This document shows positions 50,809 through 62,500 of a stretch of 64,000 nt of DNA, piece after piece. Position 1 is the stretch's first letter; every line of letters starts with the position of its first letter. The translations under genes were made by a program, and so were the position numbers. The notes beneath the pieces are model-generated. The model saw only the letters and a program-made list of their open reading frames with translations. It was not told the DNA's origin and made no database searches. The DNA is from Azolla caroliniana. Taxonomy: Eukaryota > Plantae > Polypodiophyta. The DNA lies in NCBI GenBank assembly GCA_043228905.1, contig JBHGNT010000003.1, positions 25,420,001 to 25,484,000 of the forward strand, read 5' to 3'.

Positions 50809-51613
50809 TCATCTCTGCATATGCAGAATTATGTCACTGTCTCTGAGTCTATGTTTATGTACATGTGCACATGTACATATATCAGGAGAAATTTGCCGTT
50901 TTGATCATGAAGCTTTTCGCTGGGATTGTCTAGACTATATCTATTTATTGATTTGTGCAGTTTTTTGCTCACATGAAAACACCGCCCACACGGTTCTTAT
51001 CATCGCATTGCCGACATCTTCCCGATGATGATAGGGAAGTCCAATCTCCTAATGTAACGAATTAATGAAATGGCGGCCCGATTATAATCGATTGATACTG
51101 CAGTACCCCGTTAGAATCTCAAATATATTGTAGTGTTTAAGTGCAATTTGTAAAAAGGTAAGCTCCATCCACTTGTAAGTTGGAATTACCACACAATATT
51201 TTGGTTAGGTATCACAAAGTAAGTGGTTTTAGTAATGGTTTGTCATCAACACTTTTGCTACACTAACAGAGGCATATGCTTATTCTAATGGTTGTATGAA
51301 TTAGTGTACTTATAATTCTATGTATTGCATTTGTAGTAGGCACATATTGCAAATGATTGAGACGTGTTTTTTACATTTCTAGTTGGAGTATTACTTTGCA
51401 TATATAACAAAGGACCATGCAATGATCAATGTTTATGTTGCTTCAAAGTTTGTGACCTTAGCCTCTAAAGCACTTCATTTTGAGGATGAGTTATATAGCT
51501 CTATCATGGGTTTTCTCAAAATGGTGTGACCTTACACATCATATGCGAAGTGTGGAACTTTAGTTCCTTGCCACATGTTATTCTGGCTATCTCTAACTAT
51601 CCTATAACCAAAA

Positions 51614-51688
51614 CTTAGGAAGACAATAATGATGTTTACTCCATTGCTAGACTAGCAATGGAGTAAACATCATTATTGTCTTCCTAAG
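51614..51688. repeat. Perfect inverted repeat, 37-bp arms, 1-nt spacer
   Basis: cttaggaagacaataatgatgtttactccattgctag-a-ctagcaatggagtaaacatcattattgtcttcctaag. Confidence 0.97.
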
Positions 51689-52797
51689 AGAGGGGTGTCA
51701 AACCGTTCTAAAGTCTATGAGCAAAGAATGAGAATGAGTGCGAAAACATAAACTCACTTGAGCACTATTACTAACTTAATGCTAACTATTAGGAAAAGAC
51801 GTGAGCAAGGAGTCGAAGAGTGATCGATAGTACTAACGGTTTCCTCCAATAAGTTACATGTGCCTCGACACTTAAGAGGGGAACTTAAGTTTGGGCTTTA
51901 CATTAGATAAGAATTAGGGTTAATGATATGACTTAGAGGGAAGTAGATATTAAGAGAGGTTTAAAATTTGTCTCGAGTTCTTTGGAAGACAAGAATAAAC
52001 CTAAAAGCTTGATAACAATGTCTTTTACATGTTTTACAATATTTGAGCCCTTCCAACGTGTAATTTGGAAACCAACTTTAATATTGTCCTCGTGCGAAGC
52101 CTTACAAATTTGAGGTTAAGACTATTGAACTACATAATGGTACATTTGTGTGTCGTGTATGTTTTTAGCTAAATTTAAGACAACATTGGTTTCCTAATTG
52201 CAGAATGGCTGGCATAGTTATGCATTTAACATTATAATTTGAAAGACCTTTTACAATTTTTTAATTTCCCACCTCGACAACAATGCACTCCCTCGCATGA
52301 GAGTGGAATGTAGATGACATGTCCCCGAGAGGGAGATGAAAGCGGAGGTCGCGAGAAGTGGGTTCGGACATGGAGTGACACAAGATGGTTATAAGCGAGT
52401 GATTGAGCCCAGTGAGAGAGGTGGGAGAGGTGGCCATGCAAGGTCTAACAAATGCAATTATCATGACGTCCGAGAAGGAAACGAAGCCAACGAGCTTAGA
52501 CGTGTGTGAAAGAGCATACGAGCGTGAGCGAGGGTTATAAGTGGACCAAAGAGGGTTATAAGTTGTCATTTTGAAGGGGAGGGGGAGAGATAGTTATGGC
52601 CTTCTTTAGAGGTCAGGGATAGTTATGGTTTTTTGTTTAGAGATTAGGGATAGTTATGGTTTAGTTTAGGGGTTAGGGATAGTTATGTAAACTGAGTGTC
52701 AGGGGAAATATTATTATACACATACATACATACATATTACACTGGTTGATTCCCTTGTATGTAATGTTTGCTAACCTTGTAGCAGGAACAGAGAGCT

Positions 52798-54711
52798 ATG
52801 GCTGCCCGGATCCTCAGAGGAACACTATGTTGGAAAAGGCAGATGCATATCAACCCAACCATGATGACCACCAAAAGAACCATGCCCATGTCCAGCTCTG
52901 CTTCAACCTTGTCATCCTTGGATGAAGAAGAGGAACATAACATCATCCCTCCTAAACGAACTGTTTTAAGGTCTCTCGGAAAGCATAGCTCTATCCTCCA
53001 TCACTTCCAAAGGGATGCGAATTTCCTGCGCCGGATGTTCGAAGAGAAGAGATGGGATTCCAACCTCGAAAAATCTCTCGAAAACAAATCGTCGTCGATA
53101 CCTTTTCTTTCAGATGGACTGATTGTGGAAGTGCTCAAGACCCTTTCGGAAGCTAGGCTTGCCCTCCGGTTCTTCATCTGGACCATTGAAAATCAGAAGG
53201 TATTGCCTTCCAAAATTGCACTCGGGGTAGTTTCTCGGCGATGGTGCCATGAGAAGAGGTTTGACACTTTAATGAATATATTGGAAAAAACATGTCTTCA
53301 TGGCTATGAAGGGATGGATTCTTCAGCTTTTTCGGTGCTTTTGATGGGTTATGGATGGGCTGGAATGGCTGAAAAGGCCATCCAAACCCTAGAAATCATG
53401 CAATCCTTGATGGATAAAGATGAAAAGGCCATTCAAAGCCAAGAAATGCTGCAAGTGGGTTCTTCCAAAATGCCCATTGGAACTGTAGAAACTATGGAAT
53501 CTTCTGTTGAAAAGGCCACCCAAACCTTAGAAATGATGCAAGTGGGTCCAGCAGAACAGGTCATCGAGCAACTAGAAATGATGCAAGGGGGTAGCACCAA
53601 AAAGAACAGTGAAACCCAAGAAATGATGGGACCCATGATGAGAACCGCGGAAAATGTCATCCATACCCAAGAAATGGGAGAAAAGTGTCTCATTCAGGTT
53701 CGGCTTCCAGAGGCTTCTCATTTTCTCATTGTTCTTGATATCCTAGAGCGAGAGAAGCTTTTTGATCCCATCCCTGCCATCTATGCAAAGATGGTAGAAG
53801 CTGGGTTCTTTCCCAATCAGGAAACTTACAAGAAACTCATCTCAGGGTTATGCATTGCCGGCCATAAAGAGGAAGCTTGGAAGCTTCTACACGACATGAA
53901 AGTGAATGGTCTCCAGCCTGAGCCTGAAACATATCGGATTGTCCTCTCAATGTTCAGCAAAGCAAACAAAGTTGTGGAGGTGCTGAAGCTATTTAATGAG
54001 ATTCTTGAAGATGGAATTGAGCCAGATGCCAAGGCTTGCAATGCTCTGGTGAAGGCGTTTTGTTTGGATCAGAAATTTAAAGAAGGTCTTGAAGTTGTGG
54101 AAATGATGTTGGGTCGGGAATTGAACCCGAATCTAGTGAGCCTCAACATGGTTGTAGAAGGGCTCTTCAACTCAGGTGAACTTGATGAAGTGTTTGCTTT
54201 GTGGGAAAAATTGAATGACAACTTGGTCCCTACCTTGACATTTCATCATCGGCTCGTTATTGAGCTCTCGAAAGCTGGAAAACTTGCCAAGGCTGAGTTA
54301 GTGCTCCAAGATATAAAGAAGAAAAGCTCAACACTGCCTGACGACGTGTCTGCTGCATTTGTGGATGGATTGTCTAAAGTGGAGAGCATTGAGAAAGTTC
54401 AGAAGGATAAATTGGGGGTCTTTGCAAAAGCTCAAAAGGATGTAGTAGAGATGGATGATGGATTATCTAAAGTGAGTAGCTTTGAGAAAGCTCGAAAGGA
54501 TGTGACAAAGATGGATGGCGTATTATCTGAAGTTTTTGACTTTGAGAAAGCTCAGAAAAATGTTGTATGCATAGATGATGAACAGTCTAAAGGGATTAGC
54601 TTTGCAAAAGCTCAAAAGGATGTGGTAGACATAGATGATGGACTATCTAAAGTGAATAGCTTTGCAAAAGCTCAGAAGGATGCTATAGAGGCAGAAGAGA
54701 GTGTGAGCTGA
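52798..54711 (+). CDS. P-class pentatricopeptide repeat protein, probably organelle-targeted, 637 aa
   Basis: Intronless ORF with an ARLALRFFIW lead-in and about seven 35-aa PPR motifs (e.g. ETYKKLISGLCIAGHKEEAWKLLHDMKVNGLQPE; ACNALVKAFCLDQKFKEGLEVVEMMLGRELNPN). Basic Ser/Thr-rich N-terminus; no E/DYW domain. Confidence 0.92.
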   Translation: MAARILRGTLCWKRQMHINPTMMTTKRTMPMSSSASTLSSLDEEEEHNIIPPKRTVLRSLGKHSSILHHFQRDANFLRRMFEEKRWDSNLEKSLENKSSSIPFLSDGLIVEVLKTLSEARLALRFFIWTIENQKVLPSKIALGVVSRRWCHEKRFDTLMNILEKTCLHGYEGMDSSAFSVLLMGYGWAGMAEKAIQTLEIMQSLMDKDEKAIQSQEMLQVGSSKMPIGTVETMESSVEKATQTLEMMQVGPAEQVIEQLEMMQGGSTKKNSETQEMMGPMMRTAENVIHTQEMGEKCLIQVRLPEASHFLIVLDILEREKLFDPIPAIYAKMVEAGFFPNQETYKKLISGLCIAGHKEEAWKLLHDMKVNGLQPEPETYRIVLSMFSKANKVVEVLKLFNEILEDGIEPDAKACNALVKAFCLDQKFKEGLEVVEMMLGRELNPNLVSLNMVVEGLFNSGELDEVFALWEKLNDNLVPTLTFHHRLVIELSKAGKLAKAELVLQDIKKKSSTLPDDVSAAFVDGLSKVESIEKVQKDKLGVFAKAQKDVVEMDDGLSKVSSFEKARKDVTKMDGVLSEVFDFEKAQKNVVCIDDEQSKGISFAKAQKDVVDIDDGLSKVNSFAKAQKDAIEAEESVS

Positions 54712-55058
54712 ATTCGGATCATACAACCTAAACCCTAAAAGCTGAATTTATACATGAATCGTAAACGTGAAATCCTAAAAGGAAAACCCTGACCTGAACT
54801 GGAACTGGAACCCTTAGATCCTCATCTTATGATTTGTGAAAACTTTACTTGCAATTTCTTCATGATTTATAGATGTAAATATTGGTTCCTTCCATGTAGG
54901 TGCTCTAGAAGTGACAATAACATCTCCACACTTACGGCATACATGAAACTCATATAACTATCCCGTGAAATGGGTAGACCCGTGTCTCATGAGTTATAGC
55001 AACACCAATTGTATGTAGAAGACATCACTCTGTAGCTGAAGTGTGCAAAAGCTATATA

Positions 55059-55393
55059 TTGGTGTCTTCTGTTCTCTCCGCTGAGGTTGAATTGGTTACT
55101 ACTTTGGAAATTTGTAATGTTCCAATTTGGTTTCACATGGTTTGCGAAATATCTAGTCTTGAACAACCATTTGCACCAAAAGGGTTTACTACATGATTTT
55201 ATTTGTGGGATTCCAGTGAAATAAAAAAAATCTAAGTCTGTTGGTGTCTTTCACTCTCTTCTTTGAAGGTGAATTGGTTACTACTTTTGAAATTTGTAAT
55301 GCTCCCATTTGATTTTGCATTGTTTGCAACATATCTACCCTAAGTTGTACAACCCTTAGTGACAAATTGGTTTACTACACGATCTTATTTGTG
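55059..55393. repeat. Diverged ~180-bp tandem duplication downstream of the PPR gene
   Basis: ttggtgtctt...gaattggttactacttt.gaaatttgtaatg...ggtttactacaygatyttatttgtg starts at ~55059 and ~55241. Confidence 0.85.
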
Positions 55394-56591
55394 TAGAACC
55401 TAATTTTTGTATTTGGGTTGCAAAAATCCAATCAATTCAGGAAATTAACTGACATATTCTTGCTTATTTTCAAAATTGTGAATGTGGCGGTTTTGTCAAA
55501 GTTTGGTTCCTAACTCATGGAATTAAGCAACAATGATCTCCTGAAGAAAACGGAGACCATGAAGACAATTTTAGAATATTCAGGAAATGAGTTGTACAAA
55601 AGGCAAAATATAATTACTAATTAATCTATTGAAAATGTGGGAGAATGTTCTATGTAGAGGCTAGATTACTCAAGATTATTTGGTAGATAACACAATATAG
55701 AAGTATCCTTACGATTGTTAGAACTATCACCTTGTTTACTTGCTAAGACTTTTCTCAATCATTTGTGAAAGCTTTATTTTGATGTAATTAGGAACCTCAA
55801 CTTTCATAGCACATGTAAAGTTAATTCTGAAAATAAGCAAGCATTCTTTTTTTAATAATACACATGCATATTCTTGTAAATTTCCTTCCCTTCTACCAAT
55901 TAAAATATGCTGGAAATGTGGATTTGATACGTGACGTATGCTAAACTAGAATGACAAAAGATCATACATCTATAAAATCCACTAAAATTGAAGGAATATA
56001 TGTCCATGCTATGGTGCAAAGATACGTTAAAACCAAACACTAATTAAATGCTGCATTTGCCTCAAAACCCTTTCTATATCACTGTGATGTCCACCCTAAC
56101 TGTTTTATGTCCTTGGATATCGGGATAAACAAGTAAATGCATAAGCATGTGCACGTAAAAGGCCTATCGTAAGAGATTACATGCAAATATCTACTTTTAC
56201 AACGAAGTTCCAGCTCCAATTTGCCTACAGGTTAATGACCATTTTTTCAAAAACTTGGAGTAATGAAGATAGCTTGGAATTTAGCCCCCTACAGGTTAAT
56301 GACCATTCTTTTATTGCAATCTGGAGGAAAAGATGGAAAACTGGAAACTATCACTGCTTATGCTGACTCTGTCATTTTCCATTGCACTACCTTTGATGGT
56401 TCCTCTTTTGTGAAGGTCATAATGATAAAAAGAACCAATTAAAATAAACCATTATCTAAAAATACACCATTAACAATGTCCTCAATAAGAAAATGTTCTC
56501 CTATATTATATCTTGAAGGCAGATCTTTTACATCATTATTATATTACAGAATTGGTTAATATTGTTGACTTTGAGGCTTTCTAATTTGGCT

Positions 56592-59500
56592 TTACATTCG
56601 GAACACTCCATAAGAAGTTAACTGAGGTGCAATATCTGTACACGCAGCAAGAGAAAGGCCAAGAACTTTCCTTGTGTCCCTTGGATCAATAATACCATCA
56701 TCCCATAACCTTGCGGTTGAGTAATATGGATTACCCTCCCGTTCATATCCATCGATAACTTTCGCTCTGAAATTCTCCTCATCTTCAGGAGTCCACTACA
56801 CAAGATGACAACAAAAATAACAAGAGAATTAGAAACTTTATCATTTGGAAGGAAATCTGTCCATTCCTCTCTCTTCCCCTGGTATGGAGTCTATTTATCC
56901 TAGCAGTACCATATTTCCATTCCTAGCAGTACCATATTTCCATTAACCCCTGGAGTTGGGTCCAAATCTCACTAATAAACCAATTTATTGGATGATCATG
57001 TGAAACATCCACCTGATGACCTTATCGATGGACGTAATGCTCATTTGGTGGTCTCACACTCTCTTTACACCCATGATACATGATTAACCATCCATCTCAA
57101 GGATTGAGATGTGCCAATGGAAAGATTAGCACCTCATCACATCTGGAGATAGAGATCCTTGCGTCTAATATGGGTGTACTTATCAAAGAGAGGATGTGTC
57201 TATGCTATATAGAGAGGCTACGAGGAGCACTGATCACAGTTTACAAAGAGATCCTAGGTCACTTTCTACTGCCAACTACTTCAGGTAAGTTGATGCCCTG
57301 GGCAGTTTACACTATGGAAATTGATGCCATATGGGATCACTGAAGATTAATTTTATAAAATTGTACCCCGTATTAATACATGGCTTCTATACATGGTCCC
57401 AATATCAGTGAAATTTGATCAGAGCTGTTAAATGCAGCTAGTTACTTAGAACAGCTGTAGTTTTCTGCTTCTTTCTATCAGAATTTATATAAGATCCACG
57501 TAGATGTAACTTTCGATCTTCTAGGCTACAGCCATCTTTCAAAATTTTACTAGCCCAAGCTATTTTTATTTCAGTCTGCTGAACACAACTCTCTCTTAAA
57601 AGACAATGACCTGTCTCTCTCTCTCTGTGTATATAAATATATATAATATTAAATGCTATGCATATCTTTTTCTTTTTAAAGATGAAAAATGCTCACCGGA
57701 AGACTTTGTCGCTTGTATTTTTCTTTCTCCAAAGGTGCTAAGACTCCAGCTGCCTGTTTCAAATTTTGTTGAAGGATTTAAGTCATTCGATTGGTTTAGA
57801 AATCAACAATAGAAAATTATCTGCATATTACCTGGGGCCCGCCCATTACTGATATTCTTGCATTTGGCCAAAGATAAAGAAAGTTGGGACTGTAAGCACG
57901 ACCACACATTCCATAATTTCCAGCCCCAAAACTTCCACCAACAATGACTGTGATCTTTGGAACCTGATAAAAATACACAGACAAGAAACATGTTAATTAA
58001 TCAAATAAAACTTTTAGCTTTAAAATAGAGCACCAACAGATGGTAATTCTTAGGACCAAATCACACTATCAGTAGAAGAAAAGATCATGTAGAAAAGTAG
58101 AATAACATAATAGAAAATATACATAATTAGCTTCAGGTAACATGGCATGCGCTGTTGTCTAAAGATATGTCATAGATACCACATTACAATTAAAAGCAAC
58201 ATTTTAATATTCATTAAGAAGTTCACAAGAGACTAGCTGCACGATGAACAAGATTCACCAGTTCTGAAATGATGACAGGAACCATAATGGAAGATCCATT
58301 ATATCAAGGCATGTGGAGCAACACTGGCATGCGACTATTTTGCATACGTTTTAAAGCTCAATAAAATTTAATCATAAGACCAAGGGGTTCTCAATCATAT
58401 CTACCTATCATTGCACGTTCCTGGTGTGCCTACATATGTTGGCTGGACCATGAAGGGATATAGAGACAATACATTGGTGTTCCCTTGAACCCGATAAAAG
58501 TACTAATTATAATTTAACAGTATCACATTAAAGATTGGCAATCCACATTATATTCAAATGCTGCATCTATTTTCAAATTGTCTATTGTGTCAAGAAAGCT
58601 TATTGGCGAAGCCTCTATACTTGAGAGGAATGGCAATTTTTGGGCAAAACATTTCCTGGATATATGCACACTGATAAACTGTACATATGACACTAAGAAA
58701 AACCTTAGGCCTACCTTTGCACAAGAGACAGCCATTACCATCTTGGCTCCAGCCTTTGCAATCCCACTTGCTTCAGAACGTGAACCAACCTGCATCATTT
58801 TGGTTACAAAGATCACTCGGTACTACAATTAAACAAATTTATATGAGATGAGGTTAAACAGGAGTGATTCAGGAACAAACCATGAAACCTGTGATATTCT
58901 GAAGAAAAATGAGAGGAATATGTCTTTGTGCACATAATTGAATAAAGTGAGTCCCCTTCAGAGCCGACTCAGTAAAAAGTATGCCATTGTTACCCAATAT
59001 GCCTACTGTTTGCCCATAAATTCTTGCAAATCCTGTTACCAGTGTCTGTAATAGTATGAAAACATATCATTATAAGATTCAAATGGAATACTCCACATTA
59101 AGAAGAGTCAGTAGGACTTACTGTGCCATACAACTTTTTAAATTCATCAAACTCACTCCCATCAACAATTCTAGAGATGATAGAACGAATATCAAATGAT
59201 TGCTGTCTGTCTATTGGTATGATGCCTTGAAGTTCTTCTGCACTGTACAACGGCTCTTTAGTTTCACCAACACCTTTGAAGGCCCCAGGACTTCTTCTGG
59301 AAATCCCAGCAAAATGCAAGTTTTTTACAATCTTTCGCCCAATTGCTAGCGCATGTATTTCATCTGGTCAGAATAGGTTTTTATTTTACCAAATAAGAAA
59401 ATGCAAATGTATGCCATTGAAAACAGGGAATGTAACTGCCTTATATAATTCATGCTTTTATATTAATAAGCTCAATAACCTGTTCTAAATTATAACTCAA

Positions 59501-62500
59501 GTTTGTTGCAGTTTAGTTTGTGAAAGAGATTTACAAATTGACAGAGATGACAGTAGTGAGAAAGATAAAAAAGCCTTATCTTATAAACTATACAAACTGA
59601 TGACATAAGTTTCACGAAAGCAACTCTTATGTGTGTGACATAGTAGTTGCTTGCATACTAACTGAGAAAATAAGTTTCATGCAACCAATTAGTGTGTTTG
59701 ACAGAAAGAAATACGTAAGTCTTTTAAGAGGCAAAAATGGTCTATGAGACCAATCATGACATCATATCATAAAATATTTTATCTCAGGTTGGAGAATAAA
59801 CTGAATTAATATTAGATTAGTAGAATCACTAAGGAACTGGATTTTCCTGTTAGCTAAGCACATAACATAGCGAACTTTTAAAGAGAGTGAACCAACATAG
59901 GGTGACCCAAAATAGAGAGTTTCTGAAATGAGGAAATTCCCCTTAGTATTTCCTGATGATGTCTTTAATGTTTTGATAATGGTGTTGCTTCCATGGTCAA
60001 AAATTGATGAGGCCTATGTGCACCACAATTTGCTATTTTCCCCCATCTATTATAGCCCCTTTGAATATTATAGGTGAAACTCCACTTGTATTGCCCTTGA
60101 TTAACTTATAGCATAGAAGGGAGAGGTGATAGTAGCTATATTGTTGTTCAACAACTTCCCTCCTGTATTATTGGTTTATAGCAAGAATATTCCCAAGTAT
60201 ACTTGGTTTTTGTATTTCATTTCCTGGCTGTAAAGAATCTAACTCCCCTAGAGTTGGGGTGCGCGGAAACACAGTGCGTGTGTGAGAATGGGTGTGTGAG
60301 CAAGAGAAGGAATCAGAGAAAATAACCAGAAATCATAACACACACGGTAGGGGGATGACAGCTTATGCACTGAAGAGAAAAATACATTAATCAACTAAAG
60401 TTCATCAACTAAACACAATGGGACAATGGGGTTTTATATACAAGTCCTCGAGGAACTGCCACATTAAATGTGGTTGGTGGAACCTACTCATACATAGAAT
60501 ATCTGATATTCTTTAACCACATTTACACTTGACAACTAACTAGATATCACAATTTAGCTCTTCGTGTAACTAGATAGTTCATATGGATTACATAAAGTGT
60601 GCTCATGCACTTTTTCACAAATCACGCTTTTCTTCATAAGCACATGTTCACACAAGTTGAGCTAGATTCTCAACACTAGCAAAGTGGGCCAAAGCTGTGT
60701 TTGAAGAGGCCATGCTATCTCTTCCTTATTTTATTAAAAACAGTACAGTGGCAAACATATTCCTTTGATTCCATATCCTCATGAGACAATTGGCAGATAT
60801 ATTCCACCACATCTCTGCATGCATATTTGCCTGAATCAATCTCCAATTGATGTGAAGAGTGCCTAGCTTGCCTATGGAGTGAGAGAAATATCTACCATAC
60901 GTGAGTCGAATGAAAATTTCTATCCTACAACAAAAGGAAAACTTAATGTTGACAATCTTCCTACCAAGCAGCATTGTGGAGCTGGATCCATGTTCTTTCA
61001 TATGATCAATTTTAATGAAATCAGTTGAGATCACTCTAAGCTTTTTTGCTTTGGTCAAGTCCAAGTTGGACAATCCATGTGATATTGGAATGGCTTTTAG
61101 TCATGTGCCTTGTGAAGGTTGAAACTCCGAGTTTCTACTCCAAACAAAAATGTCTGTGTTATAAGTATAATGAAAAACAGAAGTTGTCAGTGGTTCAAGA
61201 AGTTGTATATCTGCGCATTGTCTTTCAAGGGTGCCAAAGGGCTGAATATCCATGAGAATTTTGAACATGGGCAGCCTCTTGTGGGGATAACTGATGCCCT
61301 ATGTATGTTACACCTAACTATATGTAGAATCCTGTGTATGCCACATTTCCCTTTGTCAATGAGCACACTAGTTCAAGTCTAGTTACCCATGATTGGTTGA
61401 TAGAAAGAAAGAAAGTCATATTTATACATGTGGCATGTCATGAAGGCATTTAAGACCAAACAACAATACCATTTCACATTAACGAAACAGGTAATATTGT
61501 TATGAATCTCAAGGTCATGGGCAATGGCTATACTGAACCAGACACGACAGGTAATTGGGTCTTGGGACAGACTTTGGCTGACTTGGAAATTTCGGTGTCA
61601 CACCGTTTCACAAATCCTTCTAACCATTGTCGCACTGCAATGATCCTCACTAAGAACCTCACTAGGAAGAATGGCTATGCTGTTGCAATTCCACCCAGAA
61701 GGTAAGGTAGTACTCCCACAGGGCCTCCAGCATGATACTCAGAGCTCTAGCCTGAGTAGCATAAGCAACTTTCAGAATTTAATGAAGCTAGTTTGCAGCT
61801 AGATTTGATGTTATTAATGAAGTTTCGTTCGATGCAAATATTACAGCTACCAAATAATAAACCTGGGAGAGAGAGAGAGACCATTTGCAAAATAATCTGA
61901 TACTCCAGACACTTTGCAATGCAATGCTGCACCTCCAAGGTCCTCAGCAGTAACTTCCTCCCCAGTAGCAGCCTAGCACATAAGATATTCCTCAGGTACT
62001 GCTAATATAGTTATTTTTTTTAATGCAAACATTGACATCAAATAAAAGAAAAAGTAACATAAAATTACGAAAGATAGTGACAAAATAAGTTATAGAAAAT
62101 TAGGATATAAAAACAACAACACGATTTGACCAAAACTTCAGAGTTAATTGTAATTTCCCAAAACTACATGAGAGCATCAACTTTGGTTGTTTACACATTT
62201 ATTACAAAGGAAATTTGTTGGAAACAAACCTTAACAAGAGGAGGACCTGCAAGGAAAATTGTCCCATTTCCTTTCACAATCACACTTTCATCTGCCATAG
62301 CGGGAACATAGGCTCCTCCTGCGGTGCAAGATCCCAAGACCAATGCTATTTGTGGAATCCCAGATTCTGACATCCGAGCCTGATTATAGAAGATCCTCCC
62401 AAAATGATCTCTATCAGGAAATACCTCTGCTTGCCGAGGTAGGTTTGCACCACCACTATCAACGAGGTATATACAAGGAAGGTTGCATTGAGCAGCGATT

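Noticed and set aside
50594-50812. ATG at 50812 (MNGSFL...) as the TPR gene start
   Set aside because: Splicing it to exon 2 hits TAA after four codons; the ATG at 50808 gives the continuous frame.
52580-52690. Repeat-spacer pattern superficially like a CRISPR array (also 36817-36962)
   Set aside because: Eukaryotic context, no cas genes, and the repeats are only ~12 bp or lack unique spacers.
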